Shown one piece after another: positions 1 through 8,834 of a stretch of DNA of 64,000 bases. The stretch covers positions 3,584,001-3,648,000 of the forward strand of contig CBDCDC010000002.1 of NCBI GenBank assembly GCA_965215195.1, written 5' to 3'. The position numbers and the translations under genes were made by a program. Source of the stretch: Candidatus Latescibacterota bacterium. Lineage in GTDB: Bacteria > Latescibacterota > UBA2968 > UBA8231. The notes under the pieces were generated by a model, which worked only from the letters and a program-made list of their open reading frames with translations, was not told where the DNA came from and did not search any database. Position 1 is the stretch's first letter, and each line of letters starts with the position of its first letter.

Positions 1-2075
1 TCCTTCGCGATTCTGAAATTCTCGTAAATCTTCAGCCTTCCAAGACCCGGATAGTCCCGTTCTAGGGTGAAGAGCACGTAATTAGTCGTGTTCTCCCCGT
101 CGCCTGCAATCAGTCTCTCATCCGTTCGTCCGACGGTCAGCCTAATGCTCGGAAGCAGGTCGACGCCGCCGTAGATGTTGTATCCTTTGTGGTCCCTCGG
201 GTAGGGAAAATCCGGCTCATCGTCGTTTTCGAACCGATCTACCCAGATGTTGTTGTTCATGTCTAATCCGAACAAGTACTCCGGCCGGTCTGTTCCGTAT
301 CTCAAGAACGGCTCGTCGTAGTCCGGGACGAGATTGGGAAGGTCTTCGCTGTCGTTCTGGTTGAAATCGGATATGAAGTCGAGGTTTTCGTCGTACCCGG
401 GAAACACCTCAATGTCTATGTTTTGGAATATCCTCTGCCAGTCGGGGAATCTGTCCTGATCGTCGTTGTCGTCGACGAGCTCGTAGAAGAACCTCCCCTC
501 GTCCGAGTAGTCTATGTTGGTCTCGCCCCTAGCCAGTATGGCGCTGGTGTTGTAGTTGTGGGCCATTCTGTAGGCTTCGCTGAAAAAGAAGAAAGGATGG
601 GCGATCTTCGACAAATTCAACATCCAGCCATCGCCTTGGTCAGAGGCCCCTAGGTGCTTGGTGTGCGCCCTGTTGGGGTACTTCCTGTAACTCACGCTGC
701 GGTCCCATTCTCCGTACAAGTCGAATCCCCAGAGGCGGGTCGCCTCCAGCGTAAATCCGAATATCTCGGTGGCTGTCGGCAGACCATACGGGATCTTCAG
801 GACTGTCAGGTTGGAGCCATCCTTGACGTTTTCATCGGCCCTCGCAGCCAGCAGATAGACGTTGGCCAACTGCCTGTCGAACTGGCGGTCCGAGGTCATC
901 TCGATTCTGTAGTCGTTGGCGACTATCAGCTCGAATGTCACCATTCTTATCTCTGACGGATCCGGGCCTGTGTACGTCGCCACCGAGAAGTCGTAGACCA
1001 GTTCGATCTGCTCGGAGCCGTTCGCCTCCCAGAACCCCAGCCTCTGAAAGCCGCCTTGGGGCGCGGGAATCAGCCCGACTTCGCTGGCCCGGACGGTCTC
1101 CCTCTCGAAACTCACATCCCCCGCTTCATCGATCGCTTCGACGTCGGCCTCTATGATCATGTCCCACGCGAACAGCGTGGCACCGCCTTCGTTGTCCTCT
1201 GGCGAGTCGTCCGAGAGTCGCACGAAGACCTGAGTGACGTTCTCTGCGTTCTGACTGGAGGCGATCGAACCGCTTCGCGGGCTGCCCTCGAAGGCGTCGA
1301 GGAGCTGAGAGGAGTTGTGGGCGCTCACGTGGTTGACACCGAGTTTGAGATAATCTCCAACTTGGGCTGTCGCGCGTCGGCCGGTCAGAGTCGTCGAGTT
1401 CGTCTGCTGGTTATTGGGGCTTCGCGAGCCGGCGGCACCCGGCGAGCTGATCCGCGAGAGGAGAGCCGTTACTTCGTACTTGTCGGACTGATAGTCCACC
1501 TGAATGCCGTCGAACGCCGGCTTAGAGAAGGTCATCGGGGTCAGGGTCGATCGGATCTCGTCGCCTATGGTGATGGCCAGATTGTGCTGTCCCTTCTGAT
1601 CGGAGGCTATGACCAGATTGCTGAAGAAACTCTGGAACCGTGCGGTCTTGAACAGGTTGCTTCCCCCTTGCTGGGGCTGGGTCTGGCTCCAGTCGTAGAT
1701 CAGCCATCCTCTGGTGATGTACGAACCGTAGATGTCGTAGAAGTAGTCTCCCTCGAGATTGGTCGATACATAGCGCTGGTAGTGATCTCTCGCGTAGTTG
1801 CTGTACTCCGACTGCTTCCACTGATATTCGCGAAACAGCTCCTGTGGGACGTACCACTTTTTGACCGCGGGGTCTAGAGCGCCGAACAGGACGCCGGGCC
1901 CTGTCGGTTCGAACGTGAGCTCGCCGCCGCGGCGAAACCCCTTTATCCGATCTCGATCGGGACCTTGGGCTTCCGAGCGAGTACTGTGCAGCAGAATTGC
2001 CGAGACGATGGTGCATCCTATGGCCAGCGCACCGATTAGGCGCATCGCGGCTCTGAATGTATGACCGGTCACCAT
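1..2075 (-). CDS. Large secreted hypothetical protein (3' end runs off the window), acidic Ca-binding-like motifs
   Basis: Open minus frame from ATG 2075 (GGGGAG SD upstream) to the edge; absent from the ORF track because no stop lies in the window. Reads MVTGHTFRAAMRLIGALAIGCTIVSAILLHSTRSEAQ (signal-peptide-like) ... DDNDDQDRFPD ... DENLDFISDFNQND ... DMNNNIWVDRFEND. Confidence 0.8.
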   Translation of the reverse strand, partial: MVTGHTFRAAMRLIGALAIGCTIVSAILLHSTRSEAQGPDRDRIKGFRRGGELTFEPTGPGVLFGALDPAVKKWYVPQELFREYQWKQSEYSNYARDHYQRYVSTNLEGDYFYDIYGSYITRGWLIYDWSQTQPQQGGSNLFKTARFQSFFSNLVIASDQKGQHNLAITIGDEIRSTLTPMTFSKPAFDGIQVDYQSDKYEVTALLSRISSPGAAGSRSPNNQQTNSTTLTGRRATAQVGDYLKLGVNHVSAHNSSQLLDAFEGSPRSGSIASSQNAENVTQVFVRLSDDSPEDNEGGATLFAWDMIIEADVEAIDEAGDVSFERETVRASEVGLIPAPQGGFQRLGFWEANGSEQIELVYDFSVATYTGPDPSEIRMVTFELIVANDYRIEMTSDRQFDRQLANVYLLAARADENVKDGSNLTVLKIPYGLPTATEIFGFTLEATRLWGFDLYGEWDRSVSYRKYPNRAHTKHLGASDQGDGWMLNLSKIAHPFFFFSEAYRMAHNYNTSAILARGETNIDYSDEGRFFYELVDDNDDQDRFPDWQRIFQNIDIEVFPGYDENLDFISDFNQNDSEDLPNLVPDYDEPFLRYGTDRPEYLFGLDMNNNIWVDRFENDDEPDFPYPRDHKGYNIYGGVDLLPSIRLTVGRTDERLIAGDGENTTNYVLFTLERDYPGLGRLKIYENFRIAK

Positions 2076-2102
2076 GTGACTCCCCCTATCCTTCGCGAAA
2101 AA

Positions 2103-3845
2103 TCAATAGACCAAAGGCACGACCGCAGTCTTGCTCTCTTCACCTTTATCTGTAGCGACTTCCACGCGCACGAGATAGACGCCCGGCGATAGCATTTGTC
2201 CGTTGTCGTCCACGCCGTCCCACACTCTCTGATATCTTCCACCGATGTCGAGGTCGGAGTAGAGCACCCTTCTGAGGCCTCCGGCGAGATCGTAGACTTG
2301 TACCGACACCGGAGAGCCACCCGTCAGGTTGACGATATCGTAGATGACGATGGCTTGGTCGTTAACTCCATCGCCATTGGGCGTAAACGGAGCCGGGGCA
2401 ACCTCGAGGAAGTGGATGCGGTTGTCGGCGACCCGGGTGGTGACCGACAGGTCGTCGCCCGCGGCGACGGGGTCAGCGTCCACGTCTCCCGGGACGAGCG
2501 TCTGCGGCAGGTTATGCGGTCTCTGGGTGTCGAAGATCCTGCCGACGAAGACGGTGTTGTAGTGCAGCGCGATACTCTCGAACACGACGCGCAGCAGCCG
2601 GTCGTCACCGGTGATCCTCGGGAAGCTGATCCGGACGCCGACGATGTCGCCGTCGTCTTCGGTGTCCTCCTTGTCCCACGCCACGTCGGTCCCGTCGATC
2701 TGGACGGATCGGATGACCTCCACCGGTGCCTGCGTCTTGATGTCGAGCTGGTCGAAGCCGCTGCTGTTGTAGCTGCGCACCCAGTAAGTCAGTTCGGTCG
2801 CCTGCCCGAGCACGGCGTCTTGGGGCCACACCTCCCCCACCACGGAATCGGCCAGTGCTGGCGAGACCTCCACGGCGATCGAATCGACCGTCGCTGCCGA
2901 GAGGATGTCGCTGCTGTGGAACAGAACGCGAAACTGCCAGTACCGGCGGGGTACAGGTGATGCGATCGGTGTACGGACTCCGGCCGGATAGGGAGGAGAC
3001 CATCCGCTCCACTTTAGGCTATCGCTCGGGTCCGGCGTACTGCCTCTGCGGGTGGAGACGGTAGCAGATACCTTGGTAGGCTCTCCTATCGTCTCCTTTG
3101 CCCACGTTATACCGCCGAAGACAGCGGGCTGACCCTCATCGAACACATTCGAAGTGTACGCAGCAGCAGATGGGAAACCTTCGCCGAAGATCTCAAACTC
3201 GTCGATCTCCCATTCCCCTCGAACGAGCTGTCTCACCTCTATGAAACGCACGAATTGCAGCGGCACAGCTATGTCGACGACCGGGTCGAGATTGCGCTCA
3301 ACGGTCTTGAAGAGCCTGAGATCGGGATTGCCGGAAACGGTCTTCTGCTCCTCGCTGCCGTCGTTCAGCCTCACCTCGTAACCCTTCAGGAAGAACTCCT
3401 CAAACCCTTCGCGGGGAAAAAATCTGATCCTGTTGACTCCGAAACGCTCGCCCAGATCAAACCTGAATATGATCCCTGTGGCCTTTGGGATCTTGACTTC
3501 GAAGGCCGTGTTCCTGCCATCCACCATGTTGTCCAACAAGTCCTCGAATTCACTCTGGGTGACTGCGAGGACCGTGCGCGCATTTGGCGACGTTATTTGC
3601 CCCCCCCTTTCGATCAACTTCAGGGAAATATTCTCTTCAGGATCATTCTGTAACGGTTGAATGAAACCGGGATTGGCTTCGAAATCGATGACCGTTATGT
3701 CAGAATGTGCCTGATCCCAGGCGCGGGAACCCGGGCCACCTCCGAAGACGATCGTCTCTCCATTGCCTGCCGCCGCAAGTCCGAGGAGAGCTACGGACAG
3801 AACGGGCAGGGCCACTGCTCTATGAGGTGACGTTCCAGTTATCAC
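2103..3845 (-). CDS. Secreted protein with discoidin-like domain, WSGWS motif and C-terminal CHU_C/FlgD-Ig domain
   Basis: ORF 2103..4013, probable GTG start about 3845 ahead of a hydrophobic signal; C-terminus FTPNGDGVND...VQVYDLAG...WDGVDDNGQMLSPGVYLVRV. Confidence 0.8.
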   Translation of the reverse strand: MITGTSPHRAVALPVLSVALLGLAAAGNGETIVFGGGPGSRAWDQAHSDITVIDFEANPGFIQPLQNDPEENISLKLIERGGQITSPNARTVLAVTQSEFEDLLDNMVDGRNTAFEVKIPKATGIIFRFDLGERFGVNRIRFFPREGFEEFFLKGYEVRLNDGSEEQKTVSGNPDLRLFKTVERNLDPVVDIAVPLQFVRFIEVRQLVRGEWEIDEFEIFGEGFPSAAAYTSNVFDEGQPAVFGGITWAKETIGEPTKVSATVSTRRGSTPDPSDSLKWSGWSPPYPAGVRTPIASPVPRRYWQFRVLFHSSDILSAATVDSIAVEVSPALADSVVGEVWPQDAVLGQATELTYWVRSYNSSGFDQLDIKTQAPVEVIRSVQIDGTDVAWDKEDTEDDGDIVGVRISFPRITGDDRLLRVVFESIALHYNTVFVGRIFDTQRPHNLPQTLVPGDVDADPVAAGDDLSVTTRVADNRIHFLEVAPAPFTPNGDGVNDQAIVIYDIVNLTGGSPVSVQVYDLAGGLRRVLYSDLDIGGRYQRVWDGVDDNGQMLSPGVYLVRVEVATDKGEESKTAVVPLVY

Positions 3846-3883
3846 TTGCTGAACACGGACTCCTTGGTGTCCTGTCGCGGAGA

Positions 3884-6652
3884 CTAGTAGGCGACGCGCA
3901 CCAATCGATGGACCGAGGTTTCCTTCTCGGATGTCGAATCCACTTTCAGGTCGATGCGCATCAGATAGATCCCCGGTGGCACGACCGCTCCCGACTGGTC
4001 GACGCCCGTCCACGCCACCGTATGACGGCCTGCCATTATGGTCGTCTCGGCTATACGCGCCACCGGCCGGCCAGCCAGATCGTACACGTCCACTTGGACC
4101 GGTGCCGAACTGAGCACCCGCATCAGCGAAAAACGGACCTCCAGCTCGTCGTTGACGCCATCTCCATTGGGCGTGAAAACGCGATCGACCTGTAGATCCC
4201 CCAGCAACTCGCCGCGCTCCAGCGCCAACACCACCGTCGTCTCGCTGTCCACAACCCCGTTGGCATCGCCGTCATCCACCCGCTGCCACGAATTTTCGAA
4301 CGCCGAGTTCCCCGTGGAGCCGATGAAAAACGTGTTGAACCCGAATAGGGTCGTCTCGAACTGGAGCTCCACCAGCGCGGATCCCCTTGTCGTCTTGATC
4401 GGGGCCGGCAGACGCACCCACAGCGAATCCGTCTCCATCACCACCTCGAACTCCTCGCTCTCCGCCGTATACGTCACGGCGTCCTGCCCGGTCACGTCCA
4501 CACTCACCTGTTTCAGCTTCATGTCGGTGCCGTCGGGCGCCTCAATGAGGATCTCGTCGAACCCCCTGCTGCCCGACTCAAAGGTTGAGCGAATGAAATA
4601 CGACAGCAGCAGCTTCGTGCCGATCTTCTCCAGACGCGAGGGCAGCACCTCGCCGACGATCGCGCCGGCCACCGGCGTCACGAAGTTCAGTGCCACCGAA
4701 CGCAGCGTGGCCGCCGCCTTGGGGTCTTCTGTCAGGAAGATCGCCCTGATGGCGACGAACCGTCTGGGACTGGGCGAGGTAATTTTTGCGCCTGAATCGA
4801 AGTAGGGCTGACTCCAGCCGCTCCAGTCATTGCCCGGGCGCGTCTCGGTTAAGACCGGCCCTACCGAAGCATCCCCGAAGAACTTTTTGTCCGTCTCCCA
4901 GGCCTTGGCCGCCTCCTCTTCGGTGCCCGGGTACAAATCCCCGTTCTTCTTGTAATAACGGGTTATGCTCTCGACCGTATCGCCAGTCCGGGTTTGCAAA
5001 ATTAGATCCGTACCCGGCGGTACATCGGCCTCCCATTCAATGGTGGCTAGGTTCTGAGGGATCCGCGCCACCTCTATGAACGGGGCCTCCCCTCCGAACT
5101 CAGACGAGATCTGCGACTCCGGCAGGAACCCTTCCCCGAAAAATTGGACCTCCGACACCCCGTGGCTCCCTTGCCCGGGCTCGTACGTGGAGCGGTCGTG
5201 GAGCCTATAGGTAAAGGCAAAATGCTCGACCTTCGTGAGCGGGAACTTGAAGTCGTGGAAATTCTGCCCCCGCACGATGTCGCTGAGCAACCCCACTGTC
5301 TTCCAAGCCAGTTCGCCGCCGGCATTGGTGGAGCCGTCCGAGAGCTGAATGCGGTAGGCTCTGAACGGAGGTGGGTTGGGGAGGGCGTGGAGTACTCTGA
5401 TATTGTCCACAAAATAGGAGCCTCCGAGATCTATGAACATTGAGCGCTCCGCATCCCGCGGATCCGCAATCGGCAACCTGTTGGGATCGTAACTCCCGTT
5501 GGCAGACCAGAACACGAGCTCGCCGAAGAGGTCCCCATCTACCACGGCCGCCCCCTTGTTGACATTCTCTCGGGCGGTCACCCTGCCGCCCCGCTCCAGT
5601 ACGCCCGTGCCGATGTTGTCGCCGATGGTCCAGACCTCGATCTCGGCCAGCCTCGGTGTTTCGCGGCGGTAGTAAACTACCGGCCCCTGCCGCTCCGTGC
5701 CCGCCAGAGCTTCCCAATCCTCTTTCCCATCCAGCAACCTCACCGCCCCCGACACTTCTCGCCGGAAGTACTCTATCTCTCCCTGTTGGTCGGCTGGCAG
5801 GCTATCGTATTCGGACTGAGAAACCTGCCTCGCCTTGTCGAAGTCGCTGTCCTGGATCCCCACTCCGACGTATTGGATGACGTCGCCGGTGAAGTCGCCC
5901 AGTGCATCGGGCCACTTCGTCGGTAGCTGTCCGGTCAGGTCGATCTCGAAAACCCGCTCGTTCTTGTTCGGTCCGTCCGTGGTGAAGCGCGTCCGGAAAA
6001 GGAGCTGATCGAGGGTTTTCTGTCCTTGTGAGGTGGTCACCTTGAACTGTAGAAAAGGGTCTCCCAGATCTTCACCGACAAACTTGAGGACGATCCTGGT
6101 GGCCGATACCGTCCGCCCCAGATCGATCTGCACCCACCAATCCTGCAACAGGTCGGCCGTGTCCGGTTCCCAGAAGGTGTCCATCCTGCCATCCATGAGG
6201 TTGATGGCGCTCGAGCGATTGGATCCGGCATCGAATACACCGCCGCCGAAATCGTCGGCATTGAGGACGGCGTTGATGCCGGGAACGACGACTTCCTCAT
6301 CTTCTATTTTTAGTCTCGTGTGCTTGCGGATGAAGGCGGGCTTCACTCCCTCATCGCTGATCTGGACCGTGTTGGCAGTGGAGTGCCAGCGTTCCCAATG
6401 CTCCTTGGAATCGACGACCACCCTGCCTGACTGTAGCGAATACCCCTCCTGTCCCCAGCATGGACTTACCGCCGACAACGTCAACGCGGAACAGACGAGT
6501 GCCGTGCGGAGGGGGTCCGTTAGCCGTTGAGCGCCGACCCATCCCCGCTCGCGGTGCTCCCTACCTACACCGCGAGGCACTCGGGTTCTCGTCGAGTTCA
6601 GCAATAGTGCCGTTGAGCGCACTTCTTTCTCCTTATCTTGCTCCCTGCTCAT
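3884..6652 (-). CDS. Secreted paralogue with discoidin-like domains, WSGWS motif and C-terminal CHU_C/FlgD-Ig domain
   Basis: 930-aa ORF (exact start uncertain); LMDGRMDTFWEP..WWVQIDLGR F5/8-type-C-like; FTPNGDGVND..VDVYDLAGR..WTGVDQSGAVVPPGIYL. Confidence 0.8.
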   Translation of the reverse strand: MSREQDKEKEVRSTALLLNSTRTRVPRGVGREHRERGWVGAQRLTDPLRTALVCSALTLSAVSPCWGQEGYSLQSGRVVVDSKEHWERWHSTANTVQISDEGVKPAFIRKHTRLKIEDEEVVVPGINAVLNADDFGGGVFDAGSNRSSAINLMDGRMDTFWEPDTADLLQDWWVQIDLGRTVSATRIVLKFVGEDLGDPFLQFKVTTSQGQKTLDQLLFRTRFTTDGPNKNERVFEIDLTGQLPTKWPDALGDFTGDVIQYVGVGIQDSDFDKARQVSQSEYDSLPADQQGEIEYFRREVSGAVRLLDGKEDWEALAGTERQGPVVYYRRETPRLAEIEVWTIGDNIGTGVLERGGRVTARENVNKGAAVVDGDLFGELVFWSANGSYDPNRLPIADPRDAERSMFIDLGGSYFVDNIRVLHALPNPPPFRAYRIQLSDGSTNAGGELAWKTVGLLSDIVRGQNFHDFKFPLTKVEHFAFTYRLHDRSTYEPGQGSHGVSEVQFFGEGFLPESQISSEFGGEAPFIEVARIPQNLATIEWEADVPPGTDLILQTRTGDTVESITRYYKKNGDLYPGTEEEAAKAWETDKKFFGDASVGPVLTETRPGNDWSGWSQPYFDSGAKITSPSPRRFVAIRAIFLTEDPKAAATLRSVALNFVTPVAGAIVGEVLPSRLEKIGTKLLLSYFIRSTFESGSRGFDEILIEAPDGTDMKLKQVSVDVTGQDAVTYTAESEEFEVVMETDSLWVRLPAPIKTTRGSALVELQFETTLFGFNTFFIGSTGNSAFENSWQRVDDGDANGVVDSETTVVLALERGELLGDLQVDRVFTPNGDGVNDELEVRFSLMRVLSSAPVQVDVYDLAGRPVARIAETTIMAGRHTVAWTGVDQSGAVVPPGIYLMRIDLKVDSTSEKETSVHRLVRVAY

Positions 6653-6674
6653 GTCGGAAACGCCGTTGAGTGCC

Positions 6675-6715
6675 AAAAAAAGGGGGGGCGAGGATCAACG
6701 ATCTCGCCCCCCCTT
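6675..6715 (-). terminator. Rho-independent terminator after the 311-aa gene
   Basis: GGGGGGGCGAG/CTCGCCCCCCC stem with A7 on the plus strand (U-tract on minus). Confidence 0.75.
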
Positions 6716-6756
6716 CAACAACACCTGTCTTGGGTCCTTACAGCCGACCTTTCTTC

Positions 6757-7674
6757 CTATTTGGAGAAGCTCGCCTTAATGCGGCCCCAGCTATCGTCCT
6801 CGACCGCTGTGGCGTCGGTGTCGGACACCCAGTTGTTGGCGTCAAAACCAAGTAGCACGTAGTCTACCAAGGAGTCGGCGTGGAAGTACATGTTGATGTC
6901 GCCAGTGGAGACCCAGTAGCCGTTGTACGAATCGCCTGGGCCGTTGTCATCGTCCTGAATGGCCATGCCGATGCCCATGACCTGGCCTTCCTCCAAGTCA
7001 TGGATAATCAGGTCGGGATCGTCGGGACCGGTCGAACTGGCAGGCAAGTCGTCGAAAGTGGTGAACCAACTCTCCTGAAAGAGGGTGGCGGGTCCACCGG
7101 CCTCGCCCTCGACGTTCCATCTGATACCGGCGTAAGGCTCCACGGAAGCCCATACTCCGCCGCCCCATAACCACAGGTTGTTGTCCTCGTTATTGAGCGA
7201 CTGCTGCCAGTCCTGCGCGGTGGCCCCGGCCCATCGTTCCGGATCTAGGTCGATAGATTCCACGCCTTGGAACTGTTGGCCGCTGTGGTCGGCATCAATC
7301 ACGAGCTCGAGCTTGTCGTTGGTATCGTCGAGGGTGCCGTACCAGACGTCGTCGAACCTTTCCTCCATGACGTACACAAGGTTAGTCTCTGGGTTCCAGC
7401 CGACGATGATGCGCTCGGCGAGATTGCCCGGATCCGGGTCCCCTTGGGTGCCCGTGACGACCTCAATTAGGTCATCTTGGGTTACCCAGAAGACAGACGG
7501 TACGTTGTCCCAATCGCTGAGATCACCATCCATTACGACATCCCTGATTCCATCGACGTCAATGGGCACCTGTACCGCTGCCCAGTTCCGGTCTGTCCGC
7601 TGGTGGGCCGAACTCGGAGTAAAGGAGGCGAGAACGAGGCCCAAAACGGCAGCTATGATGATAATCTTCTTCAC
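6757..7674 (-). CDS. Secreted CBM9/DOMON-like sugar-binding protein with C-terminal TAVEDDSWGRIK tail
   Basis: GTG 7674 after AAAGGAG SD; signal KKIIIIAAVLGLVLASFTPSSA; MDGDLSDW, LELVIDAD, IQDDDN motifs. Confidence 0.75.
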   Translation of the reverse strand: MKKIIIIAAVLGLVLASFTPSSAHQRTDRNWAAVQVPIDVDGIRDVVMDGDLSDWDNVPSVFWVTQDDLIEVVTGTQGDPDPGNLAERIIVGWNPETNLVYVMEERFDDVWYGTLDDTNDKLELVIDADHSGQQFQGVESIDLDPERWAGATAQDWQQSLNNEDNNLWLWGGGVWASVEPYAGIRWNVEGEAGGPATLFQESWFTTFDDLPASSTGPDDPDLIIHDLEEGQVMGIGMAIQDDDNGPGDSYNGYWVSTGDINMYFHADSLVDYVLLGFDANNWVSDTDATAVEDDSWGRIKASFSK

Positions 7675-8059
7675 TGTTGCTTCTCCTTTCATCTGTAGAA
7701 AGATGACTATTGTTACTGCGTTGATTCTGAAATGCGGGCTTTTCCCTTGAACACCTCCTTTCAGCGCACCATTTGCTCAGCGAGCGAGAGCAAACAGGAA
7801 CTGGTGATTTTGTGCAAAAATGGCTCTAAGCGCTTCTTTATTAGCCACTGTGAATAAGTAACTTACGGTCTTTATGGATGAGTGACCGGCGTTCGTCTCT
7901 CTGCATTGAATCACACAGTTAGGAAGTTGTAAAAGCAATTTGGCGTTAAATATGGGGAATTATGCCCGAAAATCCAAAGAAAATTTCCAGCATGTTAATG
8001 CCCCAAGCAAGATAGACATCGCCCGTGTACGCGCCACCCATAACGGCAAAGACGTCGTG

Positions 8060-8190
8060 ATCGAGGTTGCCGAAGGAATCGTCCCTTGCGGCGGGCCAAT
8101 TCCTGCTCCAGTTCGGCGATTCGCGTCGTCTGTTGTTCCACGATCTGCTCGAACTGGACAATGCGCTTTCGGAAATCGCAATCTCAGCAG
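8060..8190 (-). pseudogene. Possible IS66-type transposase N-terminal remnant
   Basis: Minus frame DCDFRKRIVQFEQIVEQQTTRIAELEQELARRK resembles the coiled-coil N-termini of IS66 TnpC; preceded by an in-frame stop. Confidence 0.3.
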
Positions 8191-8356
8191 GTCTTTTCAC
8201 GAGGGTTTGCCCGTATCCGGAGAATTGCAACACACAACCGGACCCGAAGACCGGATAGTACTAGCTTTAGGAATCTCTGATTTAGTATCCTGAAAAGGCT
8301 TTCCTACTTGGCGATTACCTTACTACTATAAAGGAAGACAAGCGGAGGTAATAGCG

Positions 8357-8575
8357 ATGGATCAGCTCAGTTTTTCCGATGCCGCCTACCCCCACAAAAA
8401 GAAGACCATTCGCAAAGAACGCTTCCTTTCGGAGATAGACGACCTGTTGCCGTGGAAACTCTTACTCAAGCTCATTGTGCGAAAGTATCCAAAACCGGGT
8501 CAAGGGGCCGGCCGGTTCCCCCCGAGGTGGTGTTACGCATCTATTTCATGCAACAGTGGTATGGCCTCAGCGTCA
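8357..8575 (+). pseudogene. IS5-family transposase N-terminal fragment, frameshifted and truncated
   Basis: MDQLSFSDAAYPHKKKTIRKERFLSEIDDLLPW..YPKPG, continues in another frame as EVVLRIYFMQQWYGLS; no DDE domain follows. Confidence 0.8.
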
Positions 8576-8834
8576 GCAGAAGGCCCAATCCGACGGGGTA
8601 GAGTGGCGCGTTCTTCGCAAGATCGCTCCTTTAATAACCCCTCCAAACCGCTAAAAATTTCACTTGGGTAGAAGCTGTTTCAAAACTAGCGTCGGGTCGC
8701 ATCAAGGATCGTCAAGTGCCTTCGCATGGAGCGTTTTTCATAGGGCGAGACGCTTTTGAGCCGACGCTTTTTCTTTACACAAGGAACCGAATCCGGAGTT
8801 TTGGGACCACTTCTAGTTCTTTCGCAAGGCGTAG

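Noticed and set aside
423-1877. Plus-strand ORFs (e.g. 1056..1877, 273 aa)
   Set aside because: Antisense shadows of the long minus-strand CDS; the same applies to most overlapping ORFs in this GC-rich window.
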